A stretch of DNA of 64,000 nt from Octopus sinensis (lineage: Eukaryota). The stretch spans positions 100,750,001 through 100,814,000 of the forward strand of contig NC_042999.1 of NCBI RefSeq assembly GCF_006345805.1, read 5' to 3'. A program made the translations under genes and the position numbers. Below the pieces are notes generated by a model. That model was given only the letters and a program-made list of their open reading frames with translations. It made no database searches and was not told the origin of the DNA. Below, piece after piece: positions 13,324-27,469 of the stretch (its first letter is position 1; every line of letters starts with the position of its first letter).

Positions 13324-15929
13324 TATATATATGGTCGACTACTTCACCCAGCTTTCAGAGAGAGTAAGTATTGGGTCAAATTGTTCCAGTCACAAACCAT
13401 ATTCTACATGTTGACTCGATTTGCCTTGACATTGGAACCAAACTCTGGTTTCGAGTAATGCCTGATACTGTGTAACAGACTATGCCATAAGTTCATCATG
13501 CACCAGTTATTCACTATCAAGTGAAGTGGACATCTGAAATATACTCTTCTTTATACATACACAGACACTTGTATTATCGTGAATATATTGCATGCACACA
13601 AACACATAAATTTATATACATTTTATATTATATACACTTATCCACAAATATATCTCTGTAACAATTTATCATACGTACATGCACACAGTCACTCATATGT
13701 AAACATACAGGAATATATATATATTTACACATACACACACACATATGTATGTATATATGTTCAATTTAGAACTTTTTTTATTGAGAATTTCCCATATTTC
13801 CTTTAAGTTCCTTTTTATTTGGTTTGGAGCAACAACTCACCTAAATCCATTGGTCTAAGATTCCAAGACCTTCACAATTTTATCTTTAAATGAAATTGTT
13901 GTAATAGCATACAGTCCATGCTTTCTGTGGTAACTCACAAATGGTGTTAGGAACAATTTTACAAGTGATAAAATTTTATAATATATTGGATTTAAAATTA
14001 TGTAGCAGTAAGTATTGGCATATTCCATGATGTGCGTGCACATGCATGTGTGTGTTTTTGTTTCTGTGTGTGGTTATGTATGATTAATTTAGGCTTATAT
14101 TTGATTATTAGTAAAGATGAGATATTTGATTAATGTCTCATATTATGCCATGCTGATGATTTCTAAAAAGAAATACTGCTTTACACTGACAAAAAAATTT
14201 TAAGTTAGCAACAATAAAATGAAGTATGTATATTTTATGCATCTTTTTCTTTATTCTTTAAGCTCAAATTCAGACTTCTAATCCCGCTAAATATTATGAA
14301 GAAATGATAACCCCCCACCCCTTGTATTAACTATCTATTAGGGAACTTCACATGTTTTTCGATAATTAATATTTTTGTGGAATTCTGTATCAAATTATTG
14401 TGTTGTTAACTAGTGTTTTTCTCACCAGTTTTGTGTGCTCTACTAGTGCATCTGATGTGCACTTTGAGTAATAAAATTTGCAACTTTCATGTTTACATTG
14501 AACTATGCATATTACAGTGATTGTCTGAAGTACATTCTGTTGTTTGTTAGGTTCTGGTATTATTGTAATATATTCTGACAATGATTTGGTGGTTAGGTTT
14601 GGTACACTTTAAAACCAGAATACATTTGATTCTTATAGCATGTGGCTTGTGTATTTTTAGTGATTATTGCATCTGTTGTAGTGTGATTGAATTTGTTTCT
14701 GTATTGGTCTATGACCAGGTCTACTGATCCATTACGATACTCATTATATAAGGCCTGTCTTAGATATAAGATTTCATTATTTAAGACTTTTATTAGTGGA
14801 TAAAAATTGAAATGTTCTAGCTATTGTGCATATATAAGCATTTGTTAGCTTTTTGTATGTATGTAAACTGTGATATATGTTATTTCCTATTGCTATGTTT
14901 ATATTAGGATTGGGTTGGTATTAAGGTCTGAATTTCTGTTGGAGGTATCTTAGAATGTAAATGTAATAGAAAAATACGAACCTAAATTATACACACAGAT
15001 ATATCACACATTACATATATATATACCATGATATGAACTCTACCAGGATTTATCTTTGTATGAGTTTAATTCTTGCATTGAGGGCTTTATCAATCATAAA
15101 ATTATTTCCGAGGCTGTTTGCAATTTACTGCAAAATGCATAGACTACATGCTTCAACAAGTTTAATATGAAAATGAAATTGTGAAGGTTTCAAAACATAA
15201 TCCCAATGGACTTAGGAACATAACCATTTAAAATCAAACATGAGCATAAATGTGTTGTAATTATATATTTGAATGAAAAGCCTGTCTCTGTACAAGTATT
15301 ATAGGTGACATAAGTATCAGAGATGCTTTGCCCCAAGCAGAAACTGAAGAGGTTACTTAAATGATGATGATACCATCTCTTGATGGTAACTAAAGTAAAC
15401 CACATTGTTGGGAATTCTTCTCATCTTCAGCAGGTATTGCAGGGTCATGAGCTTTTCTTCATTTAAATTGAGCTAAAGGAGCAACCCAATATCAACAAAA
15501 CAAGACAATGTATTTCTGTTAACAGGAGTTAAGACAAAGAAATTACAGATAAATGTAGGTATCTATATATCTATTATTTTTCTTCAAAGCCATATATCAT
15601 TAAAAATACCTGGATATAGAAAGCAACTTTTTCAGTCTCTCCCTCTTTGCTTTTGTGTTTTAACAATGAAAGTATGTTACATTTTTCAGAGTTACAAATA
15701 AAATATATACATCTACCTACATTATTGCTACTTGAAGTTTCCCAACATTCACTGTCATTCAGGTTGCCACAAGCTGGGTGTATAGTATTTAAATTGATAC
15801 TAAATTGTTTACATTTGTCTCTAGGATACTTGAATGACTGCATGTTTAGAGGAAACTCTGAGAAGCAATGAATTGATCATCAGTGTCTCCTAATATAATA
15901 ACAAGTGCTACAAACATTCATTTGTATTC

Positions 15930-16066
15930 AAAATGTATATATATATACACACACACACAGCTATTTATATGTATTTGTATCTGGCTATCCATATACATAC
16001 ATACATATATATAAATACAAACACAATATATACACAAACATATCTATATATACAGACATATATATG

Positions 16067-16097
<31 letters not shown>

Positions 16098-16234
16098 GTT
16101 TATATATGCATGTGTGTGTCTGTGTAAGTGTACACACATGTATATACACATATGCATACATACATGTATATGTACATATATGCATGTGTACGCATATAAA
16201 ACATAAAAACAAAAATTATGAACATACCATGTAT

Positions 16235-16274
<40 letters not shown>

Positions 16275-16946
16275 ATGCACACACTGATGAATGTGAAAGT
16301 TTGTAAGATGGTAAACACATACACTTTAGTTTATGTTACATACATACCTCCATGGTCACATGCATACTTAAACATGCAATACATATGGACAAGCAGGCAT
16401 ACATATATTCAAACCTATTATACATTTGGATATAACAAGTAAATATCACAAGAAATCATTTGACTGACTTGTGTATAACATTGAATGTATATCTATGAAC
16501 TAATATTCAACATTTTCTCCCTTGTGTATTATTCAACTTTGTACTACGTAATTTGTACCACAATTTAAAAGAAGAGGTATTCTTATACTTATACCACAAA
16601 CACACATTATTTCCCCTTTCTTTCTCTCAATCTCAAAATATACATACACAAAATTACATATATATTGGGAATGTCTGTGTAGTTAAGATGTATATATATA
16701 TGTATATATGTATACATATATATGTGTATATATATATGAAAGTATATGCAATGTGTATGAGCAATAAAACATTATTTTATAGGTGACGTTTAAAAGGCAC
16801 TGAAAAGCAATAGATATGGTCACATTGAAAGCAAAATATTTATTATTATTATTATAATATTTTTAGCATGTCATGCATGTAGAAACATCCCCAAATCCAT
16901 ATATACATACATATTTATATATATATATAACATACATATATACTAC

Positions 16947-16990
<44 letters not shown>

Positions 16991-17554
16991 TGTTATATTT
17001 TTACTAATATTTAGCAAAAGCAACAGAGTGACTCAGCAGATGAGGGTTTCGTGCATAAGTATGTTTGATAAGTGCTAATGCATGAAACTCTCGGACCATG
17101 AGTCAGTCTGTTGCTTCTGCTAAATATTAACAAAAATATACATATATTTATATTTTGCTTCACCATACCTATATATATATATATATATATATATAATGTA
17201 TGTATGTATGTATGTATGTATGTATGCATGCATGCATAGCTGACAATGCAGTTTATACATAAAATACTTCCTTATAGACAAGATCACATACTCTCAATTA
17301 GATCTACATCAAATTCATTTTGTCTGAATGGGGATGAATATACACACATTCACACACATTTAAATATAGACATTTTAAAGAACACTATGCTTTGCATACT
17401 AGCAGAGAACAGATAAATGTATTTAATACACACATACATATACATAAAACATGTGTACACACAGACACACACACACACGTTTGTATGTCTGTGCAGTGCA
17501 TGTGTGTGTGAGTGTGTGCATGTGTATATATATATGTGTATATATATGTATGTG

Positions 17555-17621
<67 letters not shown>

Positions 17622-18240
17622 GTATATATGTATATATATATGTATGTGTGTGAATGTGTGCATGTATATATATATATAAATATACGTACATTTGTGTGTA
17701 TATGTATATTATAAATGCATTAATCAAATATATATAATTTATAGATATACAAAAAAAACTTAAATGCAAGTAAACACACATAAACATACACACAAATATG
17801 CATATACATGCATAAATATACAAAACAAAATTATCTTGCCTATATATGTTTATATATGTGTGTATGTGTGTGCATATATATATAGAAACAAACATATATA
17901 TGTATACTTATATGTGGACATTTACATTACATACACTTTTTATACATATATACATACATATATATATATGTATGTGTGTATATATATGTATCTATACACA
18001 TGTGCGTGCATGTGTGTGTGTGTGTGTGTATGTGTGAGTGTGTGTGTATCTATGAACATACACAAATACATGGATGCAGAAATGCAAAAAATCAACCCAG
18101 CCCAAACCACATGCCCTTTCTCTCATACACACACGCATACACACAAATAAATACACACACTTTCATATATGCATATACATAGAAGCATAAAAGTTATTTC
18201 TACTGGCAGGAATAGTATATATATATATATAGATAGATAT
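15930..18240. repeat. Compound (TA)/(CA)/(TG)/(TATG) microsatellite-rich region
   Basis: Read directly. It explains the many YIYI/HTHT/CVCV ORFs in the track. Confidence 0.85.
16995..17139 (+). mobile_element. Fold-back element containing a degenerate hammerhead motif (17061-17099)
   Basis: Arm 16995-17035 pairs imperfectly with 17099-17139, and the inner gagggtttcgtgcat pairs with atgcatgaaactctc. Motif: TTGATAA-gtgc-taat-gcat-GAAA-c. Confidence 0.6.
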
Positions 18241-18799
18241 ATATAAATACAGTCGTCCTTTTTTATTATTCATTTATTAAAATTTTTTTTCTTTTTTTTT
18301 GTTTTCCTTTAATTATCAGAACTGCTAGGAAATAAATCAATATATGGATGACTGATTTGTTTGGAACAGATGATAAATCATGGATGATGCAGAAATACAG
18401 ATGAAAATTAACATAAAAAAAAAATAATAATTAAAAAAAATCAATCGTAAAATGAATGAAATGAAATGAATGAAAAAATAGCCATGGAAAATATAAATAA
18501 AAATATAATAATTGAATAAATAATCTTATAAATATTACAGAATTTCTGGAAAAAAAAAATGACTTTCATTTTCTTTCTTTTGTTCGGTTTTTGTTGTTGC
18601 TGTGTTTGTAATAAAACATTTCAAATTTCTTTCATGTTGTCATATATTCTTCTTTAATCTCTCTCTCATATTTTATTGTTTTTTTTTTTTATTTTTAAAC
18701 TTTGAAGGAATTCTATCTAATCATTCACAGATTAAATCTGGAGATCGGAAAGTAAAAATGCACATTATTTATTATTATCATCATCATAAATATCATCAC

Positions 18800-18836
<37 letters not shown>

Positions 18837-18918
18837 ACAGCAGCAGCAGTACCAGCAGCGGCAATAGTAGTAGTAGTCGTATTAGTAGTAGTAGTAGTAG
18901 TAGTAGTGGCAGCAGCAG
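18800..18918. repeat. (AGT)n/(AGC)n trinucleotide microsatellite
   Basis: Read directly. It produces the poly-Ser in ORF 18602-19129. Confidence 0.9.
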
Positions 18919-19173
18919 AACAACTGTTGCAACTGCTAATACTATTTCCTTAATTTCCATTCCTAGAATTTTCCCCCATTCTTACAAATGTTCAATGTAC
19001 ACACTCAAGCAAAGGATTGACATGCTAGACTTCCTTTATTCCTATAAAACAAAAGGTCAGGAAACTGTGAGGAGCATATTCATGTATGTGTGTGCACACA
19101 TGTGCGCATGTGTGTGCATTTATGCGTAAATGCATAGACATATGCACACACACACATATTCTAAATCATTTAT

Positions 19174-21510
19174 TTTATATTCATATTTTCCGTCAGCATG
19201 GGTCTTCTACGGTAGTCATGCTCCCTCCTTCCCTCTCTCCCTTCACAGACACATACATAAATATATATACACGTGTGTGTATGTATGTGTGTGTGTGTGT
19301 GTGTGCAGGTTTAGTACAATAGGAGAAAGAAAATCCTATATATGAATATATGTATTTCTATTATTTTACCATTTTATTATTTGATAAGTGATATGCACCA
19401 AACTCACAGTCTTTCAGTTACTTTTATAACATTCTACTAGTTGATGACAAAGGAACTGTATTAGCCTACAGCTGTTTCTACTCTAAGATGCAGTGGACTC
19501 ATAGTTGGGTACCTTATAGCTTCATTGGAGCCTCACACACACAGATAATATATAAAGTAAATGAAAGGAATGGAAGAAGTAGTTATGTGTTACACATGTT
19601 TTGGAAATGCATAGAGCCTGTATTATGTAACGTTTAAAAATGATATCACAACATGAGCAAAGTTCACCAAAAGATGAGGTGTATGGTAGAAATATGTAAC
19701 AGCTTTAATGTTATGTAATACAGATACCATGCATTTCTGAAACATGTCTATTGCATAACTGCTTCTTTTGTTCCTTTCATTCACTTATTCAGTTATTGCA
19801 TACTAAGCAGCATAAGCTACTTTTGTACTGGAGTTGTGTAATATGTCATTTTATCAGGATTACTTTATAATTTTGGTATGGGATGAAATATATTTTGTAT
19901 TTGGATTAATAAACTTTATTGATTGATAATCATTTCCTTCATATTTTCATTACAAGCCTGTATATGCTATGTATGTATATACATTAACAAGGTGAAAAGG
20001 GTGAGCAATTAACTATATAATGTAAAAGAACAAATTGCTTGCTCCATTTTCCTTATTAATATTTATTTGATATTTACAGATTTCAGATATATCATCAGCA
20101 AAACTATCCAGTTCTGGTTTATATTTTATATCTGATAGCCAGTACCTGTGGATGGGCTTAATAAAGCAAACTCCAAGGTTAAAACTCAAATGGAATCTAC
20201 ACACACACACACATATAATAAAGATAAAACTAAATGCTAATATTTTTGAATGTATTTAATACATGTGTTTCAATTAATCATGTAAGAGAGTTCTTACAAC
20301 ATATCCTTTTTAGTCAAAATGGATCCCTTAATACATATATATTTATATTCATATTTTCCGTCAGCATGGGTCTTCTACGGTAGTCATGCTCCCTCCTTCC
20401 CTCTCTCCCTTCACAGACACATACATAAATATATATACACGTGTGTGTATGTATGTGTGTGTGTGTGTGTGTGCAGGTTTAGTACAATAGGAGAAAGAAA
20501 ATCCTATATATGAATATATGTATTTCTATTATTTTACCATTTTATTATTTGATAAGTGATATGCACCAAACTCACAGTCTTTCAGTTACTTTTATAACAT
20601 TCTACTAGTTGATGACAAAGGAACTGTATTAGCCTACAGCTGTTTCTACTCTAAGATGCAGTGGACTCATAGTTGGGTACCTTATAGCTTCATTGGAGCC
20701 TCACACACACAGATAAATATATAAAGTAAATGAAAGGAATGGAAGAAGTAGTTATGTGTTACACATGTTTTGGAAATGCATAGAGCCTGTATTATGTAAC
20801 GTTTAAAAATGATATCACAACATGAGCAAAGTTCACCAAAAGATGAGGTGTATGGTAGAAATATGTAACAGCTTTAATGTTATGTAATACAGATACCATG
20901 CATTTCTGAAACATGTCTATTGCATAACTGCTTCTTTTGTTCCTTTCATTCACTTATTCAGTTATTGCATACTAAGCAGCATAAGCTACTTTTGTACTGG
21001 AGTTGTGTAATATGTCATTTTATCAGGATTACTTTATAATTTTGGTATGGGATGAAATATATTTTGTATTTGGATTAATAAACTTTATTGATTGATAATC
21101 ATTTCCTTCATATTTTCATTACAAGCCTGTATATGCTATGTATGTATATACATTAACAAGGTGAAAAGGGTGAGCAATTAACTATATAATGTAAAAGAAC
21201 AAATTGCTTGCTCCATTTTCCTTATTAATATTTATTTGATATTTACAGATTTCAGATATATCATCAGCAAAACTATCCAGTTCTGGTTTATATTTTATAT
21301 CTGATAGCCAGTACCTGTGGATGGGCTTAATAAAGCAAACTCCAAGGTTAAAACTCAAATGGAATCTACACACACACACACATATAATAAAGATAAAACT
21401 AAATGCTAATATTTTTGAATGTATTTAATACATGTGTTTCAATTAATCATGTAAGAGAGTTCTTACAACATATCCTTTTTAGTCAAAATGGATCCCTTAA
21501 TACATATATA
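19174..21510. repeat. Near-perfect direct tandem duplication (19174-20341 and 20342-21510)
   Basis: Identical ORF sequence recurs at offsets of 1168 and 1169 nt. One 1-nt indel is visible (gataatatata vs gataaatatata). Junction microhomology is tttatatt. Confidence 0.95.
19463..19786 (-). mobile_element. Hammerhead relic plus ~80-bp imperfect inverted repeat (Penelope-like remnant); duplicated at ~20631-20955
   Basis: Minus strand: CCAATGA..ctataaggtac..gcatcttagag-ta-GAAACAGCTGTA-ggct. Arms 19555-19638 and 19704-19786 are reverse-complementary. Confidence 0.5.
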
Positions 21511-21859
21511 TTTATATTTCATATACATGATAATAGATGCATTATCTATTTTGGTATTGTGTTTAATTTTTTAATTATCTTTTTAAATCATATTTTCAGG
21601 TTTTGTGAATGGGTTTTGTAGAAACAGAAATGTTCTATAAATGGATAGTTGTATGCTTTCAAGAAATTTCTTTTAAAATATCATCTTAATCCTATTGTGT
21701 ATGTATGTAGCTAAATAAATAACAATTGAAGTAACTATTGTAGAATTGAAGCTTTTAGGACTGCTATGCTATAGATGTAGTATTTGAATCCTTATAAATC
21801 TAATTAAATTAATTATAAATCGACTAGAATGATTGAATTTATCAATATATTTATCAATT

Positions 21860-22076
21860 TAAGGTGCAAGCATGCTGAATAATTAGTATACCAGGTAAAA
21901 TGCTTAGCTGCATTTTATCTGTCTTTATGTTCCAAGTTCTAATCTCACCAATTTCTACTGTGCATTTCATACTCTTGGGGTTGATAAAATAAGTACCAGT
22001 TGAGCACTGGGTTTGATGTAATAGCCTTACCCTCTCCCTCAAACTTGCTGGCCTTGTGCCAAAATTTGAAACCAAT
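21860..22076 (+). mobile_element. Family-A SINE (diverged)
   Basis: aaatgcttagc..ttgataaaataagtaccagttgagcactggg..ggccttgtgccaaaatttgaaacc. Confidence 0.7.
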
Positions 22077-24069
22077 ATACTATCAATTTCATAAAATACT
22101 ATTAGCTCCAAATTAGTTAAATGTTTGAATTTTCCAAATAACATTCTTGTGCTGAATTATCATTCTATAAACATATTCTGGTGTGAGCATTGAATAGATC
22201 AGATAGAACAGTTATTAATGTTGATTCCAATGTTGATACAGGTATCCAATTTGTTGTATTTTTAATAAAGTACATTGTCTTTGAAAATAATGAAGAATAT
22301 AGAGAAATTTAGTAACTGACTTTGGTGTCTGGAATGTTATTTGAGAAAAGGTCCTTACTGAAAATTATAATGGCAGGTTTTAATTTAAATATAAACACCT
22401 TAAAAGAGTAAGTTTTGTATTATAGAACCAAGAGCAGTCTCAGATAAGATTTTCTTTGTGTCCAGTTGTTAGTTGATGTTCATCAGCTCTGATCAAGCAG
22501 AAACGATCATAGAAAAGTTACTAATTAAATATTTAGAAATTAATCTTCTAAGTTTCCAAAAGTTTCATGCTTTTGACCAAGATGAGAGGAAACCAGATAA
22601 CCAGAGAAGAGGTACATTTTTCTTATTGTTGTTGTCAATGCTAACATCAGGTCAGTCCTGATTAAGCAAACATATGGCCATCCTGTCTTTTCCATGTGTA
22701 TAGGAGAACTCAGGGTCACATTTTCTTTTCTAAGATGGTGGGATATGATTGAGGGAGATTTGGTTGCTATTTCTAGCATCCCAAATAACAAATAAGACAT
22801 TTTATACAGATATGTATATAAGTACACACACACATATATATATTACCTAGCTTAGGTATGTTTTATGATAGTGATCTGCATGTTACAGAAACTAACTTAC
22901 ACACACAAGCATGTATGCATGCATGTGTGTACGTGTGTGCATATGAGTTCACTTCACAGCCACATGATTCTAGGTTCAATCCCACTTTACAGCACCTTGA
23001 GTAAGTGTCCTGCACAGCAAAAACCAAAATCGATCAATGCTTTATGACTGAAATTTGATAGATGGAAACTGTATGGAAGCCTGTCAAATATGTATGTATG
23101 CATGCATGTAGATATATAAACAGATAAGTATGTGTTGAATATATTGGTGAAAATTCCTTGTGATATTTAAACCTGTAAGATGGGAGGTAATTCTTTAAAA
23201 AGGATGTAACTTAGATGCCCTTAGAGATAAATAAAACGAGTATCTATCTAAAAACTGTGGACTGATAGTATAGACTAAAAATCCTTGAAGAGGTGGTAGT
23301 CTCTTAGCGTGGCTGCAGTCCAATGACTAAAGTCAGTAAAAGGATAAACGAATCTATAAATTCTTCTGAAATATCATACTTTGTAGTTTTGTTTATTACG
23401 TAAAATACTGTGAAAGATTAGAAAATATTCCTTCTGAGTTTGAGGTGTTATGTTTGAACTGAACCAATATATTTAGTGTACTTGTCATAAAGTATATGAC
23501 CAACAGACTTATGGCCAGACAGTCAGAGCAGAGTCATTCTGGTCATTTACAACTTACAGCCTATTCACTGATAAGCACTGGAGATATTGCTAAAATAACT
23601 TGAGTAGCATATGGTTTAGTGGATTGGATGAAATTCTTACAAATATATGGCCTTGTTTGTTTGAGTATTATTATTATTATTATTGTTATTATTTTGTCAA
23701 TGAACTAATAATAATAATAATGATGATAAAAGCAGGAAAATATTTTCATTTTCAATCTGAATAATCAGGACAGAATCTATTTTAAGATTTGAAGATAGAA
23801 CAAATATTACTTTTGCCTCTCTTTCTTTTTTTTTTTAGTCAAAACATTTGAAATTATTTTAGCTATTTTGTTATATTGGAATTCGATTTAAATGTCCTGC
23901 AAATTTGTGCTTTATATCTACAGTAGAATCATATTGATAAGACTTGTCAGAGATTAGTTACTGTCCACATCAAACATAAACTTCAATAGAAACAGTAGTA
24001 GGCCAGTGCAGAAATAGGTTTACCAATGTCTGATATGTTTAACTTCTAATTCCTCAAACAGCTCACAAA

Positions 24070-24172
24070 ATAAATAAATGAATGAATGAATGAATAAATA
24101 AATAAATGAGTGATTCAATGAATGAGCGAATAAATAAATATATAAATAAATAAATATATAAATAAATAAATA
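24070..24172. repeat. (AAAT)n/(GAAT)n tetranucleotide repeat
   Basis: Read directly. Confidence 0.8.
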
Positions 24173-24574
24173 AGAACTGTCCAAACTCTCATCCTTCTCC
24201 ATTTGCCACTTATGTAATTTTAAATAAATACATAAGTAGTCAGCCAGCAAATTCTATTTTTAGATTTAGTTTTGCTTTTTTTTTTCCTTCCTCTTTTCAT
24301 TCAGATTCATATTCTTTTAAAGAGCTAATATGTCTGGAGATGCTTGCTATGAATAAAAAGGAAATGAAAAATAAAATGAAAGAAAAATGTATCACAAAAA
24401 AGAATATAAGAACTTGACGAAAAATACCACCTGCTTCACACTAATGTCATTGTAATATCTCATCAGTCTAAAACACTTACTCTTTTCTTCCAGTTTTTCA
24501 CAGACAACATTATTTGAACAGTCATAAAGGTTTGTTGAGATTACATTTATGTTTTTGGATTTACAATTTACTTT

Positions 24575-24580
24575 TTTATT
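24575..24580 (-). terminator. Candidate polyadenylation signal (AATAAA) for TULP4
   Basis: First tttatt on + found downstream of the TULP4 stop (~220 nt). It is not unique in AT-rich DNA, so the real 3' UTR may be longer. Confidence 0.25.
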
Positions 24581-24799
24581 AGTTTTCATCAGTGAACACT
24601 GTCATTAAGCAAAGCTAACTCTCCATTATCCATTGTGGCTAAGTGGTCTGGAGAGATAAGACCAATTAACACAGGCAGTAATTAATTATATAGCAGGGAA
24701 GCTGCTTGGTCAGTTGAACATGGTTCCACAGTATATGTATACGCATGGGGTTGTGTATGTGTGTGCTTTGTTAAGTTGTTGTGCGTGCATCAGACAAAG

Positions 24800-24916
24800 T
24801 TACTTGAGTCTCTGAGTAACATTCGCCAAAGCTACGGCAAAAGCCTGCAAGGCAGTGAAGGGATATTGAAAATCCAAGGTATATGCATTGCTGTCAATTC
24901 TTCCAAACTGCATTAC
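24800..24916 (-). CDS. TULP4: TULP4/Tusp terminal coding exon (C-terminus of the tubby-like domain)
   Basis: The acceptor tttttgtcatcag is followed by VMQFGRIDSNAYTLDFQYPFTALQAFAVALANVTQRLK-TAA. It is phase 0 and continues the 29485 exon. It matches the conserved TULP4 C-terminus as I recall it. Confidence 0.95.
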   Translation of the reverse strand, partial: VMQFGRIDSNAYTLDFQYPFTALQAFAVALANVTQRLK

Positions 24917-26439
24917 CTGATGACAAAAACAAAAACGAAAAAGTTAAAGAAAACATCATTAATAAATTGCTTTAAATGAATAAAAAAATTTCAAAGATGA
25001 AGACATGTAACAGGCATATTTGCTACTTCAAAGACAGTCTAACTCTTACTTTATCAAGAAGAGATATATGCTATTACACTTGTTTATGACAGTAAAGAAC
25101 TGGCTCAGGAAAACACAAGCACTTTCACACACACACATATATATATATACACATAATGCATTTTTAGTTTGCTGTGCATGAATTATTTTTCAGTGCTGTC
25201 ACTGAATCACAGAAAATTTATATAATTTCAAAGAGAATTAATTGACATATTTTATAGTTGTTCACTGTAAAATGGTTGGTGTTAGGAATGACACCAAACT
25301 GTAGAAAACCTGACAAAGCAGACACTACAGATCAGCACAGCCCTCAGGTTAGCTGAATCTAATTCAACATGTCCTATTCATGCCAGAATGGAACGATGAT
25401 GTTAAATGATGATGATGATGATGATGATAATGATGGTGGTGGTGATGATGATGAATGCATACAAAAGATGTCAGGGGCACTCTGCATTAAGTTGTTACAG
25501 CTGTTTAGCTCTAGTTCAGCCCTGATTGAACCGGCCTTTGATCAAAAGCATTCTGGCCATGATCATGCATTGTTCTTTCTCTTTATGATGCTTGATTGAG
25601 ATAGGAGTAAAATTTAGCCACTTTTTTTCGGAAGGTTGAGCAAATGCATAGTTTCCCCTCAATGACTCATGTTCAACAAGTATAATTAGTACCAACAACT
25701 ACTAGTTAACTATAACTAGTCATTCAGTTGTTTTCATCTAATCCACATAAACTCCATCACGCACAAACAATTCCACAGACTATAAATAAATTAATTCTGT
25801 TAACCAAACGCAAGCTAAGATGATTCATACATAATAATGTTTGGATTTTTCAAGTTATCCTTCTTTATAATACTTTATATTCAAAGATTCTTATACTGGT
25901 ATTTGCCTTGTATGTTTACAAGTTTTCTTAATGAGTAACAAATGAATTTCATTTAACATCTTCCACCTTCCATAAGATTTTTATCATGAAGGTTGCTTAC
26001 GTCAACTAATCAATTTATATACAACCCAAGTGATCAATCATAACAAAATATTGCTTTGATTGTAGATCGCATGCTTAATCTATTGTAGCAAACTAACTTA
26101 CTCAAATGTCAGTCTTCTAGAAATATCCCTGCTTAGTTTGTAAACTTGCTGCCATTCTGTCTGCATAGAATTTAGTTCTAATGCACTTTTATTGTTACAC
26201 ACACAAGTTAGTTATCTGTTTCTTATTAGATTGCTCAAGTCCAGCTTACAAAACAAATATCTTACTTCTAAACATTTTCTTTTTTCAGCAAATGCAACAC
26301 ATTCAATGTTAGTTAACCATTGAAATAATTCTTTAATTACATCATCATCATCATCATTTTAATTGTTGGGATAGCCATGGTTTCAAAGAAAGCATAAAAT
26401 GTAGGGGCATCTGAATATGGAATGTTAGATCTGATGATA

Positions 26440-26809
26440 GCATGAATACCTGTCATCAGGCATCTACCATACTTTGAACATCTTGCTTCCCTGGACATGG
26501 ACACATTAAAGCTCTGACTTGGTCAATACTTCAAAGATTATCATCTTTCCAATAACAACCTTGAGCACATTTTTGAACTCCATATGTCTAACACTTGTGG
26601 ACATGCTTACAAAATCAAAAAACAAAACATCTATGACTTTTTGAAAAATCTTTTCACACTCAGAATTGCTGAAGCATGGAATAAACTAGTTGTTGGGACA
26701 TGACAGCTTTCAAAACTTCCATGCTTCCTGAAATTCACCAACAGTACACATGATGCAAAATTGTTTTTTAAAGTTGTAGTACACCTGAGCACTGTATACA
26801 ACAATTTCC

Positions 26810-26812
<3 letters not shown>
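26440..26812 (+). mobile_element. Decayed CR1-type LINE 3' fragment; same 3' end at ~50715-50800
   Basis: Residual TCGHAYKI and FTLRIAEAWNKL motifs. Ends cacctgagcactgtataca..aatttc followed by (att)n at both loci. Confidence 0.6.
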
Positions 26813-26843
<31 letters not shown>

Positions 26844-26844
26844 C

Positions 26845-26925
<81 letters not shown>

Positions 26926-26946
26926 TATTATTATTATTATTATTAT
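26813..26946. repeat. (ATT)n-(AAT)n-(ATT)n strand-switching microsatellite
   Basis: Read directly. Confidence 0.9.
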
Positions 26947-27469
26947 GTTAGCTCATTGATAGAGCTGTTTAGTAGCATACAGTTCTAAGTTCACTTCCAT
27001 GGACTGATGTTGAAATTTAGGTTGTTATTGAACATCTACAGAACATGAATAGCTAAACTGATAAGATACATGTCAACCAGCCAAAAGGTCAGAATTTCGC
27101 ATCCTATAACTGGTTTCTATGACAGAGATACTTAATTCTCAGCAATGAGTCTCCACTTAATCTCAAGAAAAGCCATGGGCAGTACATATATTGATGGCTT
27201 TCACTGCTGGATTCAATTTTCATGAGTGAAAAATTACTTGGAAATGATAATGATCCAATCCAGGAAGGAATATATCTCACATCTGACTGCAGGAAACTAA
27301 CCACAAGAAATGACCTTATGACTCATTGGGATTCAGAAAGGATTACTTCCCAAGTATCTAACTGAAAAGTTTCTTGTAATGTGTAGGTCTGCTTCATCAG
27401 AAATGATCAGCATCAACTAACAACTATATGTATTTATAGAAAATTTTATTCAAGCTTTGAGCATACTTC

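Noticed and set aside
13840-15870. Possible old LINE or Penelope coding remnants; likewise ~54600-55100 and ~62040-62640
   Set aside because: The composition is suggestive, but I could not read a diagnostic motif.
10692-18182. Many ORFs rich in YI, HT or CV dipeptides
   Set aside because: They are translations of (TA)n, (CA)n and (TG)n microsatellites.
18602-19129. 175-aa ORF with poly-His and poly-Ser
   Set aside because: Open only because of (CAT)n and (AGT)n repeats. No domain or splice support.
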